Position numbers and translations under genes: made by a program
In this document: in pieces, positions 32,655 to 41,705 of the stretch
Layout: each line of letters begins with the position of its first letter
Position numbering within the stretch: position 1 is the first letter of the stretch
Source: an uncultured Gammaproteobacteria bacterium
GTDB lineage: Bacteria; Pseudomonadota; Gammaproteobacteria; JAURND01
Reading direction: 5' to 3'
Length of the DNA: 64,000 nt
Assembly: GCA_963714975.1 (NCBI GenBank)
Contig: CAVQQD010000002.1
Location: forward strand, 576,001-640,000
Notes under the pieces: model-generated
What the model was told of the DNA's origin: nothing
The model's database searches: none
The model's input: only the letters and a program-made list of their open reading frames with translations

Positions 32655-33451
32655 CAAAACAAATATATGGCGAGGAATCCATGTTTGAAGATAAAGAGAG
32701 CAAGGTTGAGAAAAATTTTGAGAAACACAAAGTTGTGCAGCCGCGAAGTGCGTTTCAGGAAAACGGGGTATCGTATCGAGGTGGTAATAGCAATTGTATA
32801 GGTGTAACGAAATCTGGAACTGATGAAGAATTTGTTCTTAAAAATTTTAATGATGGCTTTTATTGTGCCCATGAAAAGCTTTGCTATGATTTGCTAGCAC
32901 TTTGTGGGGTTAAAGTCCCCGAAACCTATATAGTTCATGAGGACAAAGCTGACAAATATTGGTTAGCTTCGCGAAAAGAGCCGCGCTACCAAGATTTGTA
33001 CCAGTGGCTTTTTAAAGCTGGGCCGGACCCTAATCCAGACGAACTTCCGAGATTTTTTGCTCAGATCACGGAAAAGCTGCAAAAACAATCCTTACTAGGA
33101 AGTGATGGTGGAGAAAAACCGATAAGAGGCTTATATGAAAATGTAGCCATATTTATGTTTTTACAAGATATGGATACAATAGGTTCTCTATATGGAAACA
33201 TTGGACTGATTGAACAAGAGGATTGCTTCCAAGCAGTTAAGATTGATCCTGGGAGCTGTTGGCTTTTCCCAACTGGTGAGGGTTATGAGCGGAATTTACG
33301 TCAATTGCAGAATGGAAAGATTGAAAATTTTTATAGTCCCCATGATGGGAATAAGAGTATTTCGGTCTTTAAACATTGCAAAACGGAGCAAATTTATCCA
33401 TCGTGCCGTAAGACCCCGTCATTCATGGCGGGGATGTAAGGCACTCCTTCG

Positions 33452-33533
33452 ATTATTTGGGTTTTGGTTGCTGCTCAATGTACTGTAGTGTCTACCCGTT
33501 TTGGATTCGCTCTTTACTGTATTGAGTTTGGCA
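33452..33533 (-). pseudogene. tnpA (Y1 transposase) remnant: only the two ends remain
   Basis: Reverse strand reads ..KSESKTGRH joined to QYIEQQPKPK*. Confidence 0.7.
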
Positions 33534-33555
33534 TAGACCAGAATATAATAGTCGC

Positions 33556-34764
33556 ATGAAAATCCAGAAAGCATTTAAATTCCGTATTGAGCCGAATGGT
33601 GCGCAAAAACGCGCGATGAGTCAGTTTGCGGGTAATGCACGTAAGGTTTGGAATTTAGCATTAGCGCGTCAACAAGAGCTCTATGCCGAAAACAAACCGT
33701 TTACCCATAGCTTTGGTATGAATCACTGGTTGTTAGTATGGAAAAAAGAAATGCCCTACCTGCAACAATCGCCTTCCCAAACCTTGCAACAAGTCACTAA
33801 GGACCTTGATCGCGCATTTAAAAACTTCTTCGCCCACCGTGCTGCTTTCCCCAAATTCAAGAAAAAAGCTCACTCATCAGATAGTTTTCGTTTTCCACAA
33901 GGGTTTAAGCTGGATCAAGATAATAACCGTATTTTTCTGCCAAAATTGGGATGGATACGCTATCGCAACAGTCGCGATGTAGTAGGGAAAATTAAAAACG
34001 TCATCGTTAAGCAATGCAATGGCTTGTGGTTTGTATCAGTGCAGACCGAGCGTGAAGAGAGTCAACCCTTGCCAACAGCTACTACCCCAGTGGGTATTGA
34101 TATGGGTATTGCACGTTTTGCTACGATGAGTGATGGGACCTATGTCGAACCCATGAATAGCTTCAAAAAACATCAAGCACGCCTTGCGCATTATCAACGT
34201 CGCTTGAAGCGTAAGAAAAAATTTAGTCGTAATTGGATAAAAGCCCAAAGGCGGGTTCAAAAGACTCACAACACAATTGCCAATGTCAGACAAGATTTTC
34301 TGCACAAAACCAGCACCGCGATTAGCAAAAACCACGCGCTCGTCTGTGTTGAGGATTTGCAGATAGCTGCCATGTCGAAATCTGCCAAAGGCAATTGTGA
34401 GCAGCACGGTCGCCAGGTCAGACAAAAGGCAGGTTTAAATCGCGCCATACTGGATCAGGGTTGGGGTGAATTCCGACGCCAGTTAGCTTATAAGCTTGAG
34501 TGGAACGGCGGCATTTTTCTAGCAGTGGATCCGAAAAATACCAGTCGAACCTGTCCTGCCTGTCAGCACGTTTGTGCAGACAACCGCAAAACGCAAGCTG
34601 AGTTTGCGTGCGTGCGTTGTGGCTATAGCCACCATGCCGATGTGGTTGGCGCGATCAATATTTTAGAGCGGGGGCACCGCTTGCTAGCTTGTGGAGAGAA
34701 GACGCAGTCAGGTCGCTCGAGGAAGCAAGAACCCACCGAAGCGAGTTGCGCACAGGTTGCGTAA
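33556..34764 (+). CDS. tnpB: RNA-guided endonuclease TnpB
   Basis: [29 protein letters not shown] zinc finger, [10 protein letters not shown]. Confidence 0.96.
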   Translation: MKIQKAFKFRIEPNGAQKRAMSQFAGNARKVWNLALARQQELYAENKPFTHSFGMNHWLLVWKKEMPYLQQSPSQTLQQVTKDLDRAFKNFFAHRAAFPKFKKKAHSSDSFRFPQGFKLDQDNNRIFLPKLGWIRYRNSRDVVGKIKNVIVKQCNGLWFVSVQTEREESQPLPTATTPVGIDMGIARFATMSDGTYVEPMNSFKKHQARLAHYQRRLKRKKKFSRNWIKAQRRVQKTHNTIANVRQDFLHKTSTAISKNHALVCVEDLQIAAMSKSAKGNCEQHGRQVRQKAGLNRAILDQGWGEFRRQLAYKLEWNGGIFLAVDPKNTSRTCPACQHVCADNRKTQAEFACVRCGYSHHADVVGAINILERGHRLLACGEKTQSGRSRKQEPTEASCAQVA

Positions 34765-34947
34765 CCGCAGTAGGAATCCTCGCCCTTTAGGCGGGGAGGA
34801 AGTCAAAATGGCATGGTGCGCGTTGCTCAGTTAACTGATGATCAGTTAAAGAACGTAATCGATAACCCGCAATTAAATACTTTTCTTTTGGAAAAAAACA
34901 GAGTTTCCATATTGGAAACTTTACAAGCAAGGCGCAATTCTTATAGA

Positions 34948-35155
34948 CTATCCGATGCACACAAATCGGTCAGCAATTGTCGCTGCTCCGTCATGAGACC
35001 GGCGGGTGACCCGGAGGCGGGGACCCTTAACAGAAATCCTCCTATCCCCTTTGTAAAAGGGGATAGGAGGATTTTGGTGGGGTGCCGCAGCGGCAGGACC
35101 CGCCGGGGAGCAAGGCTTCAGCGGAATTGCTGACCGATTTGTGTGCATCGGATAG
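34948..35155. mobile_element. 208-bp MITE with 31-bp TIRs and 8-bp TSD CTTATAGA
   Basis: CTATCCGATGCACACAAATCGGTCAGCAATT ... AATTGCTGACCGATTTGTGTGCATCGGATAG; TSD at 34940-34947 and 35156-35163. Confidence 0.92.
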
Positions 35156-35576
35156 CTTATAGACAGGTTTTAAACGAGAAATGGATCCAATGGGAATTGA
35201 AGGGGCCAATATTTTGGTTTAAAACAAATAAATACAAAATTGCTGCTGCTCTAGTTGTTGGAGCTATCCCAGGTGCAGTTATAGGAGCAGAAAAAGAAAT
35301 TTTATTTGATCCTGGCATTTGTAACGGCTTGGCTTTGGCTGGTATCGGGGTTGGTTTGGTGGTGTTATTGTTAGCAATGAAGTATGGCGTTGATAAATGC
35401 CGGACAAATAGTCATGAGTATCCTATTCTTCATATGGTAAAAGATGTGGTTTTAGCTGCTTCATCGTAAATCTCTCGGATTTTTGGACAACGGCTTGTTT
35501 AGAAAATGCCATTGCTGCAGTTATCGACGAGAATAATTTTTATTCTAAATTTCGTTACCGTTTCTTTGCCAATTAA

Positions 35577-35891
35577 TTAAGCTGCCTTATTTGTAAGTTC
35601 AAAAGCTTTTAAAAAAGCGCTTGGAATCTTTTTTGCGATCAGTAATAAACTGCGCGCTGAACTATGAGGTTCACGCCTTCCTTGTTCCCAATTCCGCAAA
35701 GTGGCTACACTTACACCCATCAAAGATGCAAATGCCTGCTGGCTTAATCCCAGGTTATGCCTAATTTGAGCAACTTCTTTTGCATCCGGTAGAGTAACTC
35801 GTGAAACCTTCAACTTTTTTTTACCTAATTGCCACGCTCTAATTTCTTTAATACCTTCTAATATTTCTTTCCCAAGGTCTCTGCTTTTCAT
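35577..35891 (-). CDS. HigA-type HTH antitoxin
   Basis: Cro/XRE HTH, NWEQGRREP; overlaps the toxin stop. Confidence 0.92.
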   Translation of the reverse strand: MKSRDLGKEILEGIKEIRAWQLGKKKLKVSRVTLPDAKEVAQIRHNLGLSQQAFASLMGVSVATLRNWEQGRREPHSSARSLLLIAKKIPSAFLKAFELTNKAA

Positions 35892-36223
35892 TGGATTGTC
35901 TCCAAAGATTTAGCTATACGAGCCAAAGTTGTCGCATCAATATTTTCTCGTTCAGATTTACTATATATCGTTAACATATAAATTTGATCTCGTGTTTTAG
36001 CCCAATAATAAATTATCCGTACCCCACCAGACTTACCCATGCCTGCGCGAGCCCAACGAAACTTCCGAACGCCACCGCTGCCTGAAATGACTTTTCCAGA
36101 TTCTGGATGCTGCATTAAATAATGTTGCAATTTCCCATATTCATCATCACTAAGATAATCCGATATTAAGCGGCTGAAATAACTAGTCTCCACAAATAAC
36201 ATCATAATTTCAGTATAAGTCAT
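35888..36223 (-). CDS. RelE/HigB-family toxin
   Basis: FVETSYF, G.VI.GSGGVRKFRW, GKSGGVRIIYY; toxin-first order. Confidence 0.92.
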   Translation of the reverse strand: MTYTEIMMLFVETSYFSRLISDYLSDDEYGKLQHYLMQHPESGKVISGSGGVRKFRWARAGMGKSGGVRIIYYWAKTRDQIYMLTIYSKSERENIDATTLARIAKSLETIQ

Positions 36224-36427
36224 TGGCGCACCTATTGCAATGTTTGTCGTGGAGTATTAGTAACAAAAAAAGCAATAATTTTATTTTTTGGAAACATAAA
36301 TTGCTCGCATAAAGTAGTGGCAGAGCTCCTTACTATAAATATCGAGGGAGAATGATCAATACCGTATTTCGTTGCCGACAAGCTGCGAAACGACGTAAAA
36401 TGGGGGATTGGTAAAAAAAAAGAAGAT

Positions 36428-36512
36428 GGTTCTATGTAGAATCGAGTGGGTAATATATCCTTCTCCCCTTGTGGGAGAAGGATATATTACCCACTCAAAA
36501 CAACATAGAACC
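36428..36512. mobile_element. 85-bp palindromic MITE enclosing a REP, with near-perfect 8-bp TSD
   Basis: GGTTCTATGT...ACATAGAACC; flanks AAGAAGAT / AAAAAGAT; left end repeated at 54361. Confidence 0.75.
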
Positions 36513-36612
36513 AAAAAGATAAAGCTGGGACGATGATTCACGAGGGTGGTACAAGCCGCCCTTCATGAAACACTCATCTGCAGGCACAGCAAGATCAAAC
36601 TTAATTATGGCC

Positions 36613-36645
36613 TTTAATAGTTTGTTAATATTGGCTTGATAGGAT
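36613..36645 (+). promoter_or_regulatory. PmrA-type box and -10
   Basis: TTTAATAGT-TT-GTTAATATT-N7-TAGGAT. Confidence 0.7.
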
Positions 36646-36707
36646 TATGAAAATTTACTAATTTACTTTCAATCGCCAAATTTATTTAAGACTTTCTGGA
36701 GAAAATT

Positions 36708-39195
36708 ATGCTCAGTCGTGATGAAGTACTAGAACAATTGCAATATTTTTCCTCTGATGAGCGCGTTGCTACAGAAATCCCCACACTAATCGATTTGCTG
36801 CGTAAAATTTCTCCGGAAGAGTTAAAGCAGCTAACGACTTCGTCTTCAGAAGAGTTGTTAAAACCACTAACAACAAAATTATATACTTTATTAGGAGATC
36901 CACGCTTAGAAGGCATAACTCAAAACAATATTCTTTTTAAGAATGTATTATATGATGCGCTATTAGTGATCTCTCATGATTACCCCATACATACCATTAG
37001 CATATATGATCCTGATGATCACTTGAGTGACGACTATGATCTGGTGTTAATGAACAAAGCGCCCTCTAAAGAGCAACTCGAAAAAATAAAGTGCACTTCT
37101 GTTATTACTCAAGAACCATTTCAGCTAATTCAATACGGTCCAAAAGCAGAAATACGCTGTACTATAGGTGGTTCTATACTTGCGCAAATTGGATTTCCTG
37201 AGCACGAGTTTAAGTCATCTTTTTTGCAGCTTACAGAGGATAAGCCCATACTTTCTGTCAAGTCATCCTATCCCCCTAAAAAATTATGCGAGCTGGATCG
37301 TATAGCCATACCTTTGGGGGGTCATGCTTTAGATGGGGAAGCAGTGATTAAATTATCAGATCGGTATTGGTTTAATATTCATGAGCTTGGCAAGACTATA
37401 AATTAATACAGGACAGTGGAAGAATTGTTACACCAATAAAGCTTTTAATGCACAAGATAGAGCTAGGATTACAGACCTTCTTCAGAAAAAAAACATCACT
37501 CCACCGTCAACTGTTTCTGAGCAAAAATCTACCTTTGGATTAGACTCTGCTCTATCTATTGCAGCCGCCGAAGGATTTGATGTTGGGCAAAATTCAGTGC
37601 CCATTCAGGAATCCATAGCAGCCCTGCTCCGTACGGTAGATCAGTTTGTCAGGGCCTTTACACGTGGGATGTCTCCTCAGCAAATACAATCTTTAGGATC
37701 TCGAGCCGCCTTACGGCGTCTTGGTCTTGAAATCGCCCACAGTGATCAACTTCAGTCTGAAGTTAACCAAAGAATTCTTATGTGGGGATTGCCGGAAATT
37801 AGTCGATTAGTTGCCATTGCAACACATCCTAATGTTTATGCCTTCGTTAGAGCAAAACAACTTAATTTAGATACTATCCGAGCGTGGGGAGAAGGGGAAA
37901 CCTTGAGAATATGCGGGATAGCAAATCAACCCTCTGTTGCTAGCTTCATTAGCATGAGGCAACTTGATTTAGACATGATCCGCCGTTTGGGCGAAGCGGA
38001 AACCTTGAGATTAGTCGGGATTGCAAATCAACCCCATATCCAAAGATTTATCCCTTCTGAAGAAAACGGTTTGGGTATGTATGATGGGTGGAGCATTAAC
38101 CTTTTCCAGATATACGAATGGAAACCTCGTCAGCTTGCAGTGGCTAATCGAGACTATACAAATCCCGCGTTAAATATTGCTGATTTAAGTGAGCTTGATC
38201 TACGTATGGCTCAACATTTTGTAGATCAAGCAACTTCTTTGCAGGGTGTTAAGTTTCCTAAAGCTAATTTAAGAGGAATTAGTCTGAAGGGAAAAAATCT
38301 TCAAGGTGCCGACCTTTCAAACTGTGATCTTACATTAGCTGATCTTAGTGGGGCCAACCTGCAAGGCGCAAATCTATCGGGCGCCACACTAAAGGGAGCG
38401 AATCTCAGTGGTGCTTATTTACAAGATGCCAAACTATCAGGAGTTACTATAGGATCAGCTAGCAGAGGCATTTTGGAGTTATGGCAAAAAACACGATTTC
38501 TTGGTGCTGATTTGCGTAATACTATAGAGTTGCCCAACAGCTTCAGACGTCATCTGGCTGCTATTGAGGAGAATATAAATATAGGGGGGCATTCTTTACC
38601 TGGTGACGGTATGGACTTACAAGGCGCGCGAGTAGATGGGTTCAATTGGAAACAATGGAAACCTAGTCCCGATAATGAAATATTACCACAGCAACTGCTA
38701 GCTAAAGCTCATAATTTACAGGCACGAGGATATGTGCAGGAAGCTCAAGTGGCTAAAAGCTTGGCGACAGATTTTCAACGCAATAGAGCTTCATTTTTTC
38801 CAGCTGCAGAAGAGATCAACTTATTATCAAAATTTCGTAACCCTAAAATAATGCTGGCGCATACATTATTTTGGATTATAAATGTTTCCCTTTTGGTGGA
38901 AGGTGGTATGTTATTTTCAGGCTCGGATTATCTTTTTAATTTCAGTATTCGGTCTGATGAACTCTTCATTGGCACTGTTTTGTGTTTATCTGCTTTACTG
39001 GCTTTAAAGCTCAAAGAAAAAGTAACTGGAAATTATGTATATTTTACTTCGGAAACCGGGGGAATCGTTGATAAAATGTTACAAAATTCAAGAATCTCTT
39101 CAAAGAAATGGTTGAGAGCGCGTAGCTCACTTCGGGGTCCACGGCAGGTCAAATCCTCTCATCGTTTAATTATCCAAAAAATAATGGGGAGGTGA
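36708..39195 (+). CDS. Pentapeptide-repeat membrane protein with U-box-like motif; single frameshift near 37401 (ORFs 36708-37406 and 37597-39195)
   Basis: Removing one base gives ..ELGKTIINTGQWKNCYTNKAFNAQD.., open into 37597; A(D/N)LSG pentapeptides; two C-terminal TMs. Confidence 0.75.
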
Positions 39196-39561
39196 TGCTG
39201 ACAATACTAAATCGTCGATTAGCTGCTGGCATAATTCCTTAGTGAGGGGTTTGTATAAAAATGCTTTAACTCCTAACTCATAGGCTCGCACTTTTTGCTG
39301 CTCATCTTCGTGTGCCGTGACGATGACCACTGGCGTTCGGCTATTGGGCCCTTTACTCTGACGCAAGTGGCGGGTGATCACAAGGCCACTTAAATCCGGT
39401 AGATCTAGGTTCACTACCACTAGTCGGTAGGGATGATGCAGCTTTTCTAAAGCGGCTAATCCCCCATTGACCACTTTCACGCAGCAATGCAGACTTTCAA
39501 AATACCTGCGGGTGGTATAGGCGATCATGGGGTCAGGTTCAATCAGTAATACATTTTTCAT
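39166..39561 (-). CDS. Single-domain response regulator (atypical receiver)
   Basis: VLLIEPD..VVVNLDLPDLSG..IVTAH..LYKP; Asn at the phospho-acceptor position. Confidence 0.88.
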   Translation of the reverse strand: MKNVLLIEPDPMIAYTTRRYFESLHCCVKVVNGGLAALEKLHHPYRLVVVNLDLPDLSGLVITRHLRQSKGPNSRTPVVIVTAHEDEQQKVRAYELGVKAFLYKPLTKELCQQLIDDLVLSASPPHYFLDN

Positions 39562-39769
39562 GGGTACTTTCCTGTTCGTTAGTTGGCCGACGCTAATCGT
39601 CAGCAACAATGCGCCTGATCAAACGGAATGGGCGCGTTAGTTGAAAACGGAGGTTTGTTCGTATGCATGCGCGTTCCTGGGTTGATGCAAAAAAAACATC
39701 GAATCAGGGCAGGCAAGCAGAAGGTTTTAGGATGGCGAGGCGATAACCCCCCGCCATGCCATTCCTCTC

Positions 39770-39994
39770 TTACTTGCCTACCCCTCTTTGCATCGATATT
39801 AGCCACCAAAAAACCGCTAACTTAGCATCCCAGGCCCATAATCCACCGAAGACAGGCGAGGAAATTCCATGGGATGTAAGCGGATTTCCCCAGGCGTGAA
39901 CAACCCGCCTAGGAGAATCCAGGTAAAAAAATGTAGCCAACAGCGAAAAAAAAGTTTTACGCGAACGCGCAATGAAGTAAGCTGAGTGAGCCAT
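39770..39994 (-). CDS. Possible small leader ORF (74 aa)
   Basis: GAGGAGG SD inside a hairpin upstream of the ATG; no recognised family. Confidence 0.35.
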   Translation of the reverse strand: MAHSAYFIARSRKTFFSLLATFFYLDSPRRVVHAWGNPLTSHGISSPVFGGLWAWDAKLAVFWWLISMQRGVGK

Positions 39995-40100
39995 CTTCGG
40001 TTAACCTCCTCTTAGGTTAATTGATTATGGAAGTGCCTCAAGAATGCGTCTACATTCTTTTTGGCGCGGCCTCGGCGGCGCAAGCCCCCGAGGTTTTGCT

Positions 40101-40155
40101 ATTATTCATTGACTTTAGCTGAAATGCAAATTTTTCTTAATGGTGACTTAATTTA
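40101..40155 (-). promoter_or_regulatory. Sigma70-like promoter with adjacent TTAA-N7-TTAA direct repeat
   Basis: TTGCAT-N17-AATAAT; CTTAATGGTGACTTAAT at 40136-40152. Confidence 0.5.
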
Positions 40156-40287
40156 TTCTTTCTCAAATTTCCCTAGAGAAATTTGGAGAAAGTGGCCGCA
40201 GACCGGATGAGGGAATTTGCATGGCTTTCAGTTGGTGCCAAAATCAACTAGTTAACCAAGAAGTTCCTTACAAGAATTTTTTGTAAT

Positions 40288-40433
40288 CTCTGTAGGGGGC
40301 AAAAACAATTTCCCCCTTTGGAAAAGGAAAGAAACATTGAGTACTACGAAAATAACGTTAGTGCTCTCATCTTTTTAAATCCCCCTTAATCCCCCTTTTT
40401 CAAAGGGGGAAATTGTTTTTGTCCCCTACAGAG
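40288..40433. mobile_element. 146-bp MITE with ~38-bp inverted ends and 9-bp TSD TTTTGTAAT
   Basis: CTCTGTAGGGGGCAAAAACAATTTCCCCCTTTG ... CAAAGGGGGAAATTGTTTTTGTCCCCTACAGAG; TSD at 40279-40287 and 40434-40442. Confidence 0.88.
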
Positions 40434-40457
40434 TTTTGTAATTTCTATAGGATCCCT

Positions 40458-40490
40458 CTTAAGACTAACTTAATTTTTTAACGTTATAAT
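40458..40490 (+). promoter_or_regulatory. PmrA-type box and -10
   Basis: CTTAAGACT-AA-CTTAATTTT-N7-TATAAT. Confidence 0.75.
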
Positions 40491-40532
40491 CAAAATCAAA
40501 AAAGTTATCAACTATAAAGATAGAGGCAATCC

Positions 40533-41705
40533 ATGCAAGAGAGTAAAGATGTTCTAAAACAGGTGTTTCAGCCATACAGTGATTTCACAGAAAACGGAAA
40601 GGTATATGCTACTAGTCAACGTAAGCATACAGGGGCAATGAAATCTGGCACAAATGAAGAATTTATTCTTAAAAAAGGCTTGGGAATCGACTGTGTTCAT
40701 GAAAAACTTTGCTATGATTTGCTAGCACTTTGTGGTGTGAAAGTCCCTGAAACTTATGTAATTCATAGAGAGAAAGGAGATGGGCAGTATTGGTTGGCTT
40801 CGCGCAAAGAGAAGGGCTACCAAGACTTAGGTGTTTTCCTTCTGCGTGTTGCGCAGAAAACTGACCAATCAGGAAAACTCAAAATTGATTTTCCTAAGGC
40901 TGAGCCATGGCTACGAAAACAATCTTTGCCAGGAAAGGATGGCTTACCAAAACCGATACAAGGCTTATATGAGAATGTAGCTGTATTTATGTTTCTACAA
41001 GATCGGGATGTAATAGGCCACGGATCGGCCAACCTTGGGCTAATTGAACAAGACAATTGCTTCCAGACAGTTAAAATTGATCCTGCGAATAGTGATATTG
41101 AGCGGGCAAAAGATGATCATCTAAACAACAAAGCTTTAGAAATATTACGGGGGGAAAGTAAAGGACACTATATTTCTAATAATAAGTTTGATCGTGGGAC
41201 GAGTGAGCTCGTCTTTAAACATTGCACTTCAGTTCAAATTAATGATGGTATGATTCGGGTTGCTCGATTGACCGATGCGCAATTAAAGTCCGTCATCTAT
41301 AACGAACAATTTCCAGATTATTTACTTCCTGCGGTAACTAGAAATGCTATATTTGCGACTTTAACCGCAAGACGTGATTCTTATATTCAAGTTTTAGACA
41401 ATAAGAATATCGATTGGAAAAATTGTAAACTGATATCAGATCACATTGCAACAGCCACTTTAACAGCACACGGGCCAATATTTTGGTTTAAAGCCAATAA
41501 ATGTAAAGTGGCTGCTGTGGTTGCTGGAGCTATCCCAGGTGCAGTTCTAGGAGCAGAAAAAGAATTTTTCTTTGATCCGGGTATGTATAACGGTTTGGCT
41601 TTGGCCGGTATCGGGGTTGGTTTGGTGGTGTTATTGTTAGCAATGAAGTATGGCGTTGATAAATGCCGGACAAATAATCATGAGCATCTTCTATGTCGGT
41701 CATAG
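40533..41705 (+). CDS. Atypical (PI3/4K-, LepB- or HipA-like) kinase with C-terminal TM hairpin; candidate effector
   Basis: FILKK, HEKLCYDLLALCGVKVPET, WLASRK, QDRDVIGHGSAN, VKIDP. Confidence 0.75.
   Translation: MQESKDVLKQVFQPYSDFTENGKVYATSQRKHTGAMKSGTNEEFILKKGLGIDCVHEKLCYDLLALCGVKVPETYVIHREKGDGQYWLASRKEKGYQDLGVFLLRVAQKTDQSGKLKIDFPKAEPWLRKQSLPGKDGLPKPIQGLYENVAVFMFLQDRDVIGHGSANLGLIEQDNCFQTVKIDPANSDIERAKDDHLNNKALEILRGESKGHYISNNKFDRGTSELVFKHCTSVQINDGMIRVARLTDAQLKSVIYNEQFPDYLLPAVTRNAIFATLTARRDSYIQVLDNKNIDWKNCKLISDHIATATLTAHGPIFWFKANKCKVAAVVAGAIPGAVLGAEKEFFFDPGMYNGLALAGIGVGLVVLLLAMKYGVDKCRTNNHEHLLCRS

Larger units (their letters stand above)
33398..34806 (+). mobile_element. IS200/IS605-family element (IS605 group, tnpA internally deleted)
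   Basis: Inserted 3' of TTTAT without TSD; left hairpin CCCCGTCATTCATGGCGGGG; right hairpin CCTCGCCCTTTAGGCGGGG ending in TCAA. Confidence 0.92.
32681..35469 (+). pseudogene. Atypical kinase-like effector gene interrupted by an IS605-group element and a MITE
   Basis: Joining 32681-33397, 34807-34947 and 35164-35469 gives an open 387-aa frame colinear with 40533-41705. Confidence 0.9.

Noticed and set aside
36240-36570. Possible small degenerate ORF on the + strand (..NCSHKVVAELLTINIE..), partly duplicated at 25562-25640
   Set aside because: It has an internal stop and a MITE insertion and matches no family I recognise; too weak to call.
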